Assembly (NCBI GenBank): GCA_963675495.1
Contig: OY776215.1
Span: forward strand, 1,344,001-1,408,000
Source of the DNA: an uncultured Methanolobus sp.
GTDB lineage: Archaea; Halobacteriota; Methanosarcinia; Methanosarcinales; Methanosarcinaceae
Direction: 5' to 3'
DNA: 64,000 bases
The notes beneath the pieces were generated by a model, which had not been told where the DNA came from, did no database searches, and saw only the letters and a list, made by a program, of their open reading frames with translations. Made by a program: the position numbers and the translations under genes. Shown in pieces: positions 9,035 through 19,083 of this stretch; within the stretch, counting starts at the first letter, position 1, and every line of letters begins with the position of its first letter.

Positions 9035-11788
9035 ATGAGCGAAAATCAAACTCCAGAGCAGGAAGCCAGAGACAAGATAGACATAAAACTGAATGATTCT
9101 GGCTGGGTAGTACAAAAAAGAGAGAAGATAGACTGGAGTGCTTCCCACGGAATTGCGGTGCGTGAATACTGGACTGATGTGGGTCCGGCTGATTATGTCC
9201 TTTTTGTTAACAAGATACCTGTTGGGATTATTGAAGCAAAAAAGAAGGAAGAGGGACATAAACTGACAGTTGTGGAGGAGCAATCCGCAGAATATGCTTC
9301 CAGCAAGTTAAAATATCTGGATAATGGCCAGCTTCCTTTTGTTTATGAGAGTAATGGAGAACTCACAAGGTTCACGGATTATCGTGACCCTAAACCAAGA
9401 TCAAAGTCTGTGTTCTCATTTCATCGGCCTGAAACATTCAGGGACTGGCTCAAAAAAGAGCCTTTAAGAGAAAGGCTTCTTTTGATACCGGAATTACGAG
9501 TTGAAAATTTGCGTGATTGCCAGATAATGGCAATTAATAATCTTGAAACTTCATTTAAGGAGAATCGTCCTAAAGCTTTGATCCAGATGGCCACTGGTTC
9601 CGGAAAAACCTATACTGCTATTACTTTCATTTACCGCTTGCTAAAATACGCAGATGCCAACAAGATACTGTTCCTTGTTGATACCAGAAACCTTGGTGAG
9701 CAGGCGGAGCAGGAATTCATGGCTTACATGCCAAATGATGATAACCGCAAATTCACTGAGTTGTACAATGTTCAGCGGCTGCGTTCCAATTATATATCTT
9801 CGGACAGCCAGGTATGCATTTCCACTATCCAACGTCTGTATTCCATTCTTAAGGATGAGGAGTTGGATGAAGAGTCAGAAACTGAGAATCCTGCTGAGAA
9901 GAAATGGCAGCCAAAGGAGCCACTTCCTGTTGTATATAATGAGAAGATCCCAATTGAAGAGTTTGATTTTGTGGTTGTTGATGAGTGTCACCGTTCTATC
10001 TACAACCTGTGGCAGCAGGTAATTGATTATTTCGATTCGTTCCTGATAGGTCTGACAGCGACCCCGGATAAACGTACTTTTGGTTTTTTTGATGAGAATG
10101 TGGTAAGTGAGTACGGCCATGAGGAAGCGGTGGCAGATGGTGTGAATGTTGGTTATGATGTGTACACTATTGAGACTGAGATCACAAAAGAAGGAGCAAA
10201 GATCAACGCAAAGGAGTTTGTGGACAAGAGGGAGAAACTTACCCGCAGGAAGCGCTGGGAACAACTCGATGAAGAGTACACATATACTGGCAAGAAGCTT
10301 GACAGGGATGTTGTTAATCCAAGCCAGATAAGAAATGTCATACGCACTTTCAGGGACAAACTGCCGGAGATATTCCCGGGAAGAGAAGAAGTTCCAAAGA
10401 CGCTGATCTTTGCCAAGACAGACAGCCATGCAGATGATATTATACAGACAGTACGGAAAGAGTTCGGAGAAGGTAACGCTTTTTGTAAAAAAGTCACCTA
10501 CAAAAATGAAGAAGACCCGAAGTCTGTGCTGTCACAGTTCCGTAATGATTACAATCCAAGAATTGCTGTGACAGTGGATATGATAGCTACCGGCACGGAT
10601 GTTAAGCCGCTGGAATGCCTGCTGTTTATGAGAGATGTGAAAAGCCGGAACTATTTTGAGCAGATGAAAGGACGTGGGACCAGAGTCATGGGTTATGATG
10701 ACCTGAAGAAAGTCACGCCTTCGGCAGTTTCGGCGAAGACTCATTTTGTGGTTGTGGACGCTGTGGGTGTCACTAAGTCCATGAAGACTGACAGCAGACC
10801 ACTTGAGCGTAAGAAGGGGATCGCCTTGAAAGACCTGTTGGCAGCGGTTACTTTTGGCGCTCAGGATGAAGACCTTTACATTTCACTAGGGAACAGGCTG
10901 TCGAGGTTGAACAAGCAGATCACTGATGATGAAAGGGCTACTTTTGCTGAAAAAGCCGGTGGAAAAGAAATAAGCGGGGCAATCCGGGACTTGTTCAGAG
11001 CATATAATCCTGATATTATAGATGCCATGGCTTCCGGTATAAAACAGCAGCAACCCCAGATATCTCAAGAGAAAGCACAGAAACAGGCACAACAGGAATT
11101 AATAGATGTTGCGAGGTCAACATTTAACGGAAGGCTGAACGATTATATCGAGAATGTACGCAGGGTACACGAGCAGATCATTGATACAGTGAATACTGAT
11201 ACTGTTCTCAGGGCTGAGTGGGATAAGGAAGCTGTTGCAAAAGCTGATGAGCTGGTAAGCGACTTCAAAGTCTATCTGGAAGCTAACAAGGATGAGATCA
11301 CAGCATTGCGTATCTTCTACAACCAACCCTACCAGCGCAGGGATGTGACCTTCGCAATGATAAAAGAGCTGCTGGAAAAGCTGAAGATAGAAAAACCCCA
11401 CTTTGCACCTCTGAGAGTCTGGCAGGCATACGAGCAACTGGAGAAGGTCAACGGCAATTCTCCCAAAAGCGAGCTTACAGCTCTGGTCTCCCTTATCCGC
11501 AGGGTGACGGAGATAGACCCGGTTCTTACCGCCTATGACCAGACAGTGAACCGTAATTTCCAGGATTGGGTTTTCAGCAAACAGGCCGGAACCCTGAAGT
11601 TCAATGAAGACCAGATGAACTGGCTGCGCATGATAAAGGATTACGTGACCAACAGTTTCCATCTGGAAATAGATGACCTCGATTACACTCCCTTTGATGC
11701 AATGGGCGGTCGTGGAAAGATGTACCAGCTCTTTGGCGATGAGATGAACGTGATTATCGGCGAATTGAATGAGGCACTGGCGGCTTGA
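9035..11788 (+). CDS. hsdR: Type I restriction enzyme R subunit (EcoEI-like C-terminus)
   Basis: PADYVL..IIEAK nuclease motif, MATGSGKT, DECHRS, GLTATP, QMKGRGTR; ATG at 9035 preferred over 8957. Confidence 0.92.
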   Translation: MSENQTPEQEARDKIDIKLNDSGWVVQKREKIDWSASHGIAVREYWTDVGPADYVLFVNKIPVGIIEAKKKEEGHKLTVVEEQSAEYASSKLKYLDNGQLPFVYESNGELTRFTDYRDPKPRSKSVFSFHRPETFRDWLKKEPLRERLLLIPELRVENLRDCQIMAINNLETSFKENRPKALIQMATGSGKTYTAITFIYRLLKYADANKILFLVDTRNLGEQAEQEFMAYMPNDDNRKFTELYNVQRLRSNYISSDSQVCISTIQRLYSILKDEELDEESETENPAEKKWQPKEPLPVVYNEKIPIEEFDFVVVDECHRSIYNLWQQVIDYFDSFLIGLTATPDKRTFGFFDENVVSEYGHEEAVADGVNVGYDVYTIETEITKEGAKINAKEFVDKREKLTRRKRWEQLDEEYTYTGKKLDRDVVNPSQIRNVIRTFRDKLPEIFPGREEVPKTLIFAKTDSHADDIIQTVRKEFGEGNAFCKKVTYKNEEDPKSVLSQFRNDYNPRIAVTVDMIATGTDVKPLECLLFMRDVKSRNYFEQMKGRGTRVMGYDDLKKVTPSAVSAKTHFVVVDAVGVTKSMKTDSRPLERKKGIALKDLLAAVTFGAQDEDLYISLGNRLSRLNKQITDDERATFAEKAGGKEISGAIRDLFRAYNPDIIDAMASGIKQQQPQISQEKAQKQAQQELIDVARSTFNGRLNDYIENVRRVHEQIIDTVNTDTVLRAEWDKEAVAKADELVSDFKVYLEANKDEITALRIFYNQPYQRRDVTFAMIKELLEKLKIEKPHFAPLRVWQAYEQLEKVNGNSPKSELTALVSLIRRVTEIDPVLTAYDQTVNRNFQDWVFSKQAGTLKFNEDQMNWLRMIKDYVTNSFHLEIDDLDYTPFDAMGGRGKMYQLFGDEMNVIIGELNEALAA

Positions 11789-13146
11789 TGATGGATGAGT
11801 GGATAGAGAGTATTGTTGCGGCTGGTGAGGGATACCATATTGAGTTCAAGGAGAGTCTTGATAAGTCGTTTGTTGAGGAGGTTTGCGCTTTTGCTAATTC
11901 CAATGGCGGAAAGGTATTTCTTGGCATTTCTGATAAGGGGATCATCAAAGGTGTTCAGACCGATAATAGTTTCAGATCAAGGGTGCAGGACTCCCTGAGA
12001 CAGTTGCAGCCACAGCTTGATGTTAAGATCGAAGTGCATGACAATTTTATTGTTGCTGATGTGCCGGAGGGGAGCGAGAAGCCTTATGCCTGTTCCAGAG
12101 GGTTCTTTCTTCGAAACGGGGCAAATTCCCAGAAACTGAACCGCAATGAGATCATCGCTTTTTTCCAGAAGGAAGGTCGCATCCGTTTTGAAGAACTGCG
12201 AAACGGGAAGGCAGATTTTGAGAATGACTTTGATGAGAGGGCATTTCGTAATTTCCTGAAACTTGCAGGCATTACTAATTCAATTGACAGGATGTCTTTG
12301 CTGCGGAATCTGGATTGCATTACTGATGATGGAAAACTAAATAATGCCGGAGTTCTGTTCTTTGCAAAGGATATTGATTTCCTGCTAAATCATGCTATTG
12401 TTGTCTGTGTCCTGTATAAAGGAACAAAAAAAGTGCATATCCTTGATAAGAAGGATTTCAAGGAAAATATTGTTGAGAACATCGACAATGCCATCCTTTT
12501 TGTTAAAAGACATACCAACGTGGAATACAGAATTGAGAAGATCCAACGGGAAGAGATCCCGGATATTCCCGATATAGCTCTAAGAGAAGCCATCATAAAT
12601 GCAGTATGCCACCGAGATTATTTTGACAGAGGTTCCAATGTGCTTATAGAGGTCTTTGACGACAGGGTTGAGATCTCAAACCCCGGTGGCCTGCCAAGCG
12701 GCCTTAAGCCCTCTGATTTCGGCAACCTGAGCGTTGCCCGCAATCCCCTTATTGCATCCCTGCTGCACAGGATAGACTATATTGAAAAGGTCGGCACCGG
12801 CATAAGCCGTATCAAGCAGGCTGTAGATGAGAACGAGAAGACTTCGGTTGAGTTTTCATACGATGGTCGTTTTTCCGTGATTTTCCGAAAACTTGACATA
12901 AGTTCGGAGATGGAGTTGGGAGAAAAGTTGGGTGACGGTTGGGAGAAAAATTCGGAGAAAAGTTCGGAGAAAATCCTTGAAGCAATTAAAGAAAATCCCA
13001 CTATTACCCGTGAAGAACTTAGTCAGATTGCAGACTTGTCTATACGGGGAGTGGAATGGAACCTTGCTAAATTGAAGGATGAAGGAAAAATCAAGCGTAT
13101 TGGATCGAGAAAAAGCGGGCATTGGGAAATAATAGATAAGTCCTAA
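11785..13146 (+). CDS. Schlafen/AlbA_2 + HATPase_c_4 + C-terminal wHTH protein (copy 1)
   Basis: EGYHIEFKE..VCAFANSNGG..LGISD; REAIINAVCHRDY..DRVEISNPG..RNP..EKVGTG; C-terminal RIGSRKSGHW; overlaps hsdR stop. Confidence 0.85.
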   Translation: MMMDEWIESIVAAGEGYHIEFKESLDKSFVEEVCAFANSNGGKVFLGISDKGIIKGVQTDNSFRSRVQDSLRQLQPQLDVKIEVHDNFIVADVPEGSEKPYACSRGFFLRNGANSQKLNRNEIIAFFQKEGRIRFEELRNGKADFENDFDERAFRNFLKLAGITNSIDRMSLLRNLDCITDDGKLNNAGVLFFAKDIDFLLNHAIVVCVLYKGTKKVHILDKKDFKENIVENIDNAILFVKRHTNVEYRIEKIQREEIPDIPDIALREAIINAVCHRDYFDRGSNVLIEVFDDRVEISNPGGLPSGLKPSDFGNLSVARNPLIASLLHRIDYIEKVGTGISRIKQAVDENEKTSVEFSYDGRFSVIFRKLDISSEMELGEKLGDGWEKNSEKSSEKILEAIKENPTITREELSQIADLSIRGVEWNLAKLKDEGKIKRIGSRKSGHWEIIDKS

Positions 13147-13178
13147 AATAAATATATCAACGCTTGGTTTTAAGATTG

Positions 13179-13250
13179 CTGTGGTATAAACTGTGGTATA
13201 AACTGTGGTATAAACTGTGGTATAAACTGTGGTATAAACTGTGGAGAAAA
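13179..13250 (+). repeat. 12-bp tandem repeat CTGTGGTATAAA x5 plus one variant
   Basis: Five perfect units 13179-13238, then CTGTGGAGAAAA. Confidence 0.95.
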
Positions 13251-13319
13251 TCCAAAAATAAAAGACTTTTGCAACGAATAACACCAAATAAGTGTGAAAA
13301 TTTAAAATTAATTAATGTA

Positions 13320-13346
13320 GAATTAAATGATGAATTGGCGGCTTAA
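13320..13346 (+). pseudogene. Orphan second copy of the hsdR 3' end (ELNDELAA*)
   Basis: gaattaaatgatgaattggcggcttaa versus hsdR end gaattgaatgaggcactggcggcttga; 2 nt before the hsdS ATG. Confidence 0.65.
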
Positions 13347-13348
13347 AA

Positions 13349-14833
13349 ATGGAATTACCCGATAGTTGGATTAAAGTCGTTTCAAGTGAAATATTAGATA
13401 TTAGAGATGGAACTCACGATACTCCAAAATATGTTGATGATGAAATATATCCTTTAGTAACATCCAAAAATCTAAAAAATGGAGATTTAGACTTAAAAAA
13501 TGTAAAATACATTTCTAAAGAAGATTTTTTACAAATTTCACTGAGATCAAAGGTTGATATTGGCGATATTCTATTTGCAATGATTGGCACTATTGGCAAT
13601 CCTGTCTTAGTAAAAGCCGAGCCAAAATATGCAATCAAAAATATTGGTTTATTTAAAAATCCTAAAAAATTAATCAGTTCTGAATTGTTTAAGTATTACC
13701 TAGATTCATTCACTTTTTATTCACAAATTGAAGAAAAACAGTTTTTAAAGGGAACTACACAAAAATTCATACCACTTGGGCATTTGAGGAAAATAGAAAT
13801 CCCGCTCCCACCACTCCCCGAACAACGCGCCATAGTCTCCAAGATCGAGCTGCTCTTCAGCGAACTTGACAACGGCATCGCCAATCTCAAACTGGCACAG
13901 GAGCAGCTCAAAGTTTACAGGCAGTCGGTGCTGAAGAAAGCGTTTGAAGGAGAGCTTACGAAGAAGTGGAGAGAAAAGCAGCAGGATTTGCATGGTGCTG
14001 ATGAGCTGCTGGTTGAGATTAGCAGGGAAAAAGAAGAAGCTGCCAAGGCTACCGGCAAAAAATTAAAAACTGTAAAACCCCTCAATGAGACTGAATTAAA
14101 AGATTTGTCAAGCCTGCCGACTGATTGGAGATGGACAAAAATTGAAGAACTCGGGGAAGTAACAGGTGGCCTGACAAAGAATTCAAAAAGAAATAAAATA
14201 TCTACAAAACTGCCTTACCTTAGAGTCGCTAATGTCTATTCCAATGAATTACGTTTAGATGACATCAAATTCATCGGTATTGAAGAACAAGAAATCCCGC
14301 GAGTAATATTAAAAGAAGGAGATCTTTTAGTCGTCGAAGGAAATGGAAGTTCTAGTCAAATCGGTAGAGTTGCCATCTGGAATGGAAAAATATCTCCATG
14401 CGTACATCAAAACCATCTCATAAAAGTTAGATTCCAAATTGTGGATATCGGCAAATTTATACTTTTTTGGCTAATTTCATTTGAAGGTAGAAAACAGATT
14501 ACTAGAGTTGCAAGCTCCACGTCAGGCCTTTACACATTAAATATTTCAAAAGTATCCTCTTTACCTATTCCAGTCCCACCTCTCCCCGAACAACAAGCCA
14601 TCATCAGCGAAATCGAAACACGCCTTTCAGTCTGCGATAAAGTAGAACAGGATATCGCGGAGAATCTGGAGAAAGCCGAGGCTCTTAGGCAGAGTATTTT
14701 GAAAAAGGCGTTTGAGGGGAAACTGCTCAATGAGAGGGAGTTGGAGGAAGTTAGGAAGGCGGATGACTGGGAGCCGGCTGAGGTTTTGTTGGAGAGGGTG
14801 AGGGCTGAGAGAGCAGAAAGTGGGAAGAGGTGA
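13349..14833 (+). CDS. hsdS: Type I restriction-modification specificity subunit
   Basis: Two TRDs each followed by IP(L/V)PPLPEQ..LRQS(V/I)LKKAFEG conserved helices. Confidence 0.92.
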   Translation: MELPDSWIKVVSSEILDIRDGTHDTPKYVDDEIYPLVTSKNLKNGDLDLKNVKYISKEDFLQISLRSKVDIGDILFAMIGTIGNPVLVKAEPKYAIKNIGLFKNPKKLISSELFKYYLDSFTFYSQIEEKQFLKGTTQKFIPLGHLRKIEIPLPPLPEQRAIVSKIELLFSELDNGIANLKLAQEQLKVYRQSVLKKAFEGELTKKWREKQQDLHGADELLVEISREKEEAAKATGKKLKTVKPLNETELKDLSSLPTDWRWTKIEELGEVTGGLTKNSKRNKISTKLPYLRVANVYSNELRLDDIKFIGIEEQEIPRVILKEGDLLVVEGNGSSSQIGRVAIWNGKISPCVHQNHLIKVRFQIVDIGKFILFWLISFEGRKQITRVASSTSGLYTLNISKVSSLPIPVPPLPEQQAIISEIETRLSVCDKVEQDIAENLEKAEALRQSILKKAFEGKLLNERELEEVRKADDWEPAEVLLERVRAERAESGKR

Positions 14834-14840
14834 GGAAAAA

Positions 14841-16322
14841 ATGGGATTAGAAAGGTTGAAAAGACTACTCAAAGAGCAGGAAGGCATCCGTCTGGAATTT
14901 AAGGAAGCACGCACAGCCTTGCCGGGTAATTTATTCGAGACAATTTGTGCTATGCTCAATCGTGATGGTGGGGACATCATTCTTGGAGCAGATGACACTG
15001 GCAACATTACCGGGGTCGAGCATAACAAAATTGAGTCCATTGTGACCAATCTGGTCAACCTGTCAAACAATCCTCAAAAACTCAATCCACCATTCATACT
15101 ATTCCCACAAACCTATGAAATAGAGGGAAAATGGCTGATCCATATCCAAGTTCCTGCCAGCTCACAAGTGCATAAGACCGGCAGTACTGTATTCAATCGT
15201 AGCAATGATGGGGATTTTAAAGTCACACAGCCACAACAAATTGCAGAGATACACAACCGCAAAGCTGCCCATTACACTGAAGGAATAATTTATCCTGCAT
15301 TGCATTTTGAAGATTTCAAAGCTGACCTCTTCCCTAAAATTAAAAACCTCATCCGAAGCCACAACGACAACCACCCGTGGCTGGCACTGACAGATAAGCA
15401 AATGCTGGAAAAGGCAGGTCTTTGGAAGCGAGACCTTAAAACAGCACAGGAAGGTTACACTCTTGCAGCAGCTTTGCTACTTGGCAAAGATGAAGTTATC
15501 CAGCAAATACTTCCATACTTTAAAATTGATGCACTAGCCCGTGTGGAGGATATTTATCGTTACGATGATCGAGAATACATTCAAACAAACCTAATAGAAG
15601 CCTATGAACAACTAATGACATTCATCGGCAAACACTTACCCGATAAATTTTATATGCAAGGCGATCAGCGAGTAAGCCTTCGAAATAAAATATTCAGGGA
15701 AATAGTTGCAAATCTGATTGTCCACAGAGAGTATATGAATGCTTACCCATGCACATTTATAATCTATGCAGACAGGGTTGAAACCGAAAACGCAAACAAC
15801 CCACATGGAGAAGGACCGATCGATCCTGATAGGTTTGCCCCATTTCCTAAAAATCCAGCAATCGTAAAATTCTTCATGCAGCTTGGAAGAGTAGATGAAT
15901 TGGGTTCTGGTGTTTTAAACGTAAATCGATTTATCAAGGAATATGCAGATGGTGGCAGCCCACAGTTTATTGAAGAAGATGTATTCAAGACCATCATTCC
16001 TCTTGCTGAAGAGTCAATTGAGGGAGCAATTGAGGGAGCAATTGAGGGAGCAATTGAAGGAACAATTGAGGGAGCAACCCGACATGTGAAAGACAAACTC
16101 ACTATACTTTTGCAAGTGATTGCAGAAAATGAAGGTGAAAAAGTTCCTGACTATGCAGCCATAACCAAACTGTCGGTTAGCAGTGTTGAAAGATACATTA
16201 AGCAATTAAAGAATGCTGATCTGATAGATTTCAGAGGGAGATCAACATTGACCGGGGGTTATTACCTGACAGATGAAATGAAGAAAAAGTTAAAAGGAAA
16301 AACTCAGGGACAAAAAACATGA
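14841..16322 (+). CDS. Schlafen/AlbA_2 + HATPase_c_4-like + wHTH protein (copy 2)
   Basis: EGIRLEFKE..ICAMLNRDGG..LGADD; REIVANLIVHREY; PKNP..DELGSG; (IEGA)n linker before the HTH. Confidence 0.82.
   Translation: MGLERLKRLLKEQEGIRLEFKEARTALPGNLFETICAMLNRDGGDIILGADDTGNITGVEHNKIESIVTNLVNLSNNPQKLNPPFILFPQTYEIEGKWLIHIQVPASSQVHKTGSTVFNRSNDGDFKVTQPQQIAEIHNRKAAHYTEGIIYPALHFEDFKADLFPKIKNLIRSHNDNHPWLALTDKQMLEKAGLWKRDLKTAQEGYTLAAALLLGKDEVIQQILPYFKIDALARVEDIYRYDDREYIQTNLIEAYEQLMTFIGKHLPDKFYMQGDQRVSLRNKIFREIVANLIVHREYMNAYPCTFIIYADRVETENANNPHGEGPIDPDRFAPFPKNPAIVKFFMQLGRVDELGSGVLNVNRFIKEYADGGSPQFIEEDVFKTIIPLAEESIEGAIEGAIEGAIEGTIEGATRHVKDKLTILLQVIAENEGEKVPDYAAITKLSVSSVERYIKQLKNADLIDFRGRSTLTGGYYLTDEMKKKLKGKTQGQKT
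16015..16077 (+). repeat. In-frame 12-bp repeat CAATTGAGGGAG x5 (one degenerate), encoding IEGA repeats
   Basis: Read directly from the sequence. Confidence 0.9.
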
Positions 16323-17857
16323 CCGAGAACACATCATCCATCGTATCCAAAGTGTGGAGCTTTTGTAATGTACTGCGTGACGGAGGGGTGAGCTATGGAG
16401 ATTACCTTGAGCAGTTGACATTCCTCATATTCCTGAAAATGGCAGAGGAATACAGGAAGCCGCCGTATAGCAGGGATATTGACATCCCGCAGGAATATAC
16501 ATGGGATGTATTAAAGCAGAAGCGTGGCGCTGAGCTGGACATACATTACAGGAACCTATTGGATGAGCTTGCCAGAAAACCGGGGATGCTCGGACAGATA
16601 TTCCTCAAGGCGCAGAACAAGATAAGCGACCCTGCCATGCTGTACAAGGTCATTGATATGATCGACAAGGAAAGCTGGGTCATGATGGGCGTTGACACCA
16701 AGGGCGAAATATACGAAGGACTTTTGCAGAAGAACGCAGAGGACACAAAAAGCGGAGCTGGTCAGTACTTCACTCCCCGACCGCTCATCAAGATCATGGT
16801 TGAATGTCTGCGACCACAGCCCATGAAAACCATAGGCGACCCCTGCTGTGGTACTGGCGGGTTCTTCCTGGCTGCTTATGATTTTCTCACATCACGATCA
16901 AATGAGCAACTTGACCGGGAGCAGAGTAGGTTCTTGAAGAACGATACCTTTGGTGGCAACGAAATAGTAGCCGGAACCCGACGGCTGGCCCTCATGAACC
17001 TCTTCCTGCACAACATCGGAGAGATTGACGGACAGCCCATGATATCCAACTCCGATGCACTAATAGCCGATTCCGGTGAACGGTTCGATTACATCCTCAC
17101 CAATCCTCCTTTCGGTAAAAAGAGCAGCATGACCTTCACTAATGAAGAAGGTGGCCTGGAAAAAGAAGACCTCACCTACAATCGCCAGGACTTCTGGGTC
17201 ACTACCAGCAACAAACAGCTAAACTTCGTGCAGCACATCCACACCATTCTCAAAACCGGTGGTCAGGCAGCTGTGGTATTACCGGATAACGTCCTCTTTG
17301 AAGGAGGAGCCGGGGAAACTGTGCGCAAAAAGCTCATGGAAACTACCGAACTTCACACCATACTTCGTTTGCCAACCGGCATATTCTACGCCAACGGAGT
17401 GAAGGCTAACGTGTTATTCTTTGAAGCAAAACCCGCCTCTAAAAATCCATGGACAAAGGAAGTCTGGATATACGACTACCGCACCAACGTACATCACACA
17501 CTGAAAAAGAACCCCCTGAAATACTCAGACCTTGAGGAATTCATACGGTGTTACAATCCTGAAGACCGGCACAATCGCAGCGAAACATGGAATGAGGAGA
17601 ATTCCGATGGCCGATTCCGCAGGTTCAGTTATGAGGAAATAGTGGCAAGGGACAAAACCAACCTTGATATTTTCTGGCTCAAGGACAAGAGCCTTGCAGA
17701 CCTTGACAACCTTCCTGATCCTGACATACTTGCAAACGAGATAATAGAGAACATCGAAGCCTCACTTGAGAGTTTCAGGGAAGTAATGGACATTGTGAAT
17801 GGGAACGTAAGCAGTGATCTGGTATATTGCAAAGACATTCGTTCCAACACAAAATAA
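16319..17857 (+). CDS. hsdM: Type I RM m6A methyltransferase
   Basis: GQYFTPR, DPCCGTGGF, NPPF, VLPDNVLF, LRLPTGIFY. Confidence 0.95.
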   Translation: MTENTSSIVSKVWSFCNVLRDGGVSYGDYLEQLTFLIFLKMAEEYRKPPYSRDIDIPQEYTWDVLKQKRGAELDIHYRNLLDELARKPGMLGQIFLKAQNKISDPAMLYKVIDMIDKESWVMMGVDTKGEIYEGLLQKNAEDTKSGAGQYFTPRPLIKIMVECLRPQPMKTIGDPCCGTGGFFLAAYDFLTSRSNEQLDREQSRFLKNDTFGGNEIVAGTRRLALMNLFLHNIGEIDGQPMISNSDALIADSGERFDYILTNPPFGKKSSMTFTNEEGGLEKEDLTYNRQDFWVTTSNKQLNFVQHIHTILKTGGQAAVVLPDNVLFEGGAGETVRKKLMETTELHTILRLPTGIFYANGVKANVLFFEAKPASKNPWTKEVWIYDYRTNVHHTLKKNPLKYSDLEEFIRCYNPEDRHNRSETWNEENSDGRFRRFSYEEIVARDKTNLDIFWLKDKSLADLDNLPDPDILANEIIENIEASLESFREVMDIVNGNVSSDLVYCKDIRSNTK

Positions 17858-17899
17858 CACATATATAATATAGTATAATAAATATAATAAAAGATATCT

Positions 17900-18556
17900 T
17901 TGAATCCGAAAAATAAAATGTTGATCGTTGATGATGAGCGAATCAACGTAGCACTCCTTACATCGTATCTTTCTGAGACTTACGACATAGTTTCAGTCTC
18001 AAATGGTGAGGAAGCACTTAAAATAGTGAAAACTTAAAATCCAGGCCTTGTACTGCTCGATATAGTTATGCTCGGAATGGACGGATTTGACGTATGCAAA
18101 ATAATCAAGCAGGACTATAAACTTGATTTTATACCTATAATAATGCTCACGGCTCTGACGTCCAGGGATGATCACCAGAAAGGAATTGAAGTTGGTGCGG
18201 ATGACTTCCTGAAAAAACCTGCTGACAAATTTGAACTGAATGAAAAGATCAGAGCCCTTCTGCGCATCAAAGAGCAGCATGATTCGCACCTCATCGACCG
18301 CAACAAAGCATACGAATATCTCGGTTATGTTGGAGTATTGATAGCTGTTCTTGACAAAGATCACAAACTCATCCATATTAACAAAAAAGGTGCTGATATT
18401 CTTGGCTATAAAAGAGAGAATATTATTAATAGAGATTGGCTGGACCTTTTTGTTGCGGAAACTTATGTAGAGCCTGTGAAAAGCAAATATGACAATCTTC
18501 TGAACAAAGGAAAATCCAATAGTAAGGATGCTGAGATGGCTGTGTTGAGGAGATAA
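17900..18556 (+). pseudogene. Response regulator (REC + start of PAS), interrupted by an in-frame TAA and apparently truncated
   Basis: The 18068 frame extends upstream as KMLIVDDERIN..NGEEALKIVKT*NPGLVLLDIVMLGMDGF with TAA at 18035-18037; the ORF ends inside a PAS-like segment. Confidence 0.8.
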
Positions 18557-18709
18557 ACTAGTGTGATGTTGTCAACGTTCAACTCATTTCGTGCTTTGGA
18601 ATAACAGGTATTTACAGCCAGATGCTTATGTTCTAAGGTCCCAACCTGTTTTTCGAATACACTATTTAGTTCATAAAAACTGATACATAGATTTAAATAT
18701 TAATACCTA

Positions 18710-18723
18710 AGTAGTTACTTTCC
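18710..18723 (+). promoter_or_regulatory. Candidate NrpR operator AGTA-N6-TTCC upstream of the ferredoxin
   Basis: 10 nt downstream of TTTAAATA (18692-18699). Confidence 0.5.
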
Positions 18724-18777
18724 GAATACAAATATTTAAAGACATGGCTTAAAAACATAAATTTAAGGAGGCTCATC

Positions 18778-19083
18778 ATGCAAAAACCAAACAACCATAT
18801 ATTTATTTGCGCAAGCACAAGACTGAACGGCAAAGTCCAGGGCGCATGCAAGAACAAAGATTCACATGACCTGGTAGCAATGTTTAACGAAGCAATAATG
18901 GATAGAGATCTGGAAGGTGAAGTGATGGTTACTTCGACCGGATGTGTGGGTCTCTGCGAAAAAGGACCAATAGTAATGATCTATCCTCAGCAGACATGGT
19001 ATGGAGAGGTAGCTGAAGATGATATCGATGACATACTTGATGCAATTGAGGAAGGTGCAGTTGTGGACAGATTGTGCATATAA
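18778..19083 (+). CDS. Thioredoxin-like [2Fe-2S] ferredoxin
   Basis: HIFIC..C..TGCVGLCEKGP..IYP..WY; SD AGGAGG; upstream of nifH as in clostridial nif regions. Confidence 0.88.
   Translation: MQKPNNHIFICASTRLNGKVQGACKNKDSHDLVAMFNEAIMDRDLEGEVMVTSTGCVGLCEKGPIVMIYPQQTWYGEVAEDDIDDILDAIEEGAVVDRLCI

Noticed and set aside
13179-13250. Possible CRISPR array
   Set aside because: 12-bp head-to-tail units with no spacers and no cas genes; a VNTR.
13164-13346. 60-aa ORF with LWYK repeats as a real protein
   Set aside because: Read-through of the tandem repeat into an hsdR-tail relic; no convincing start or SD.
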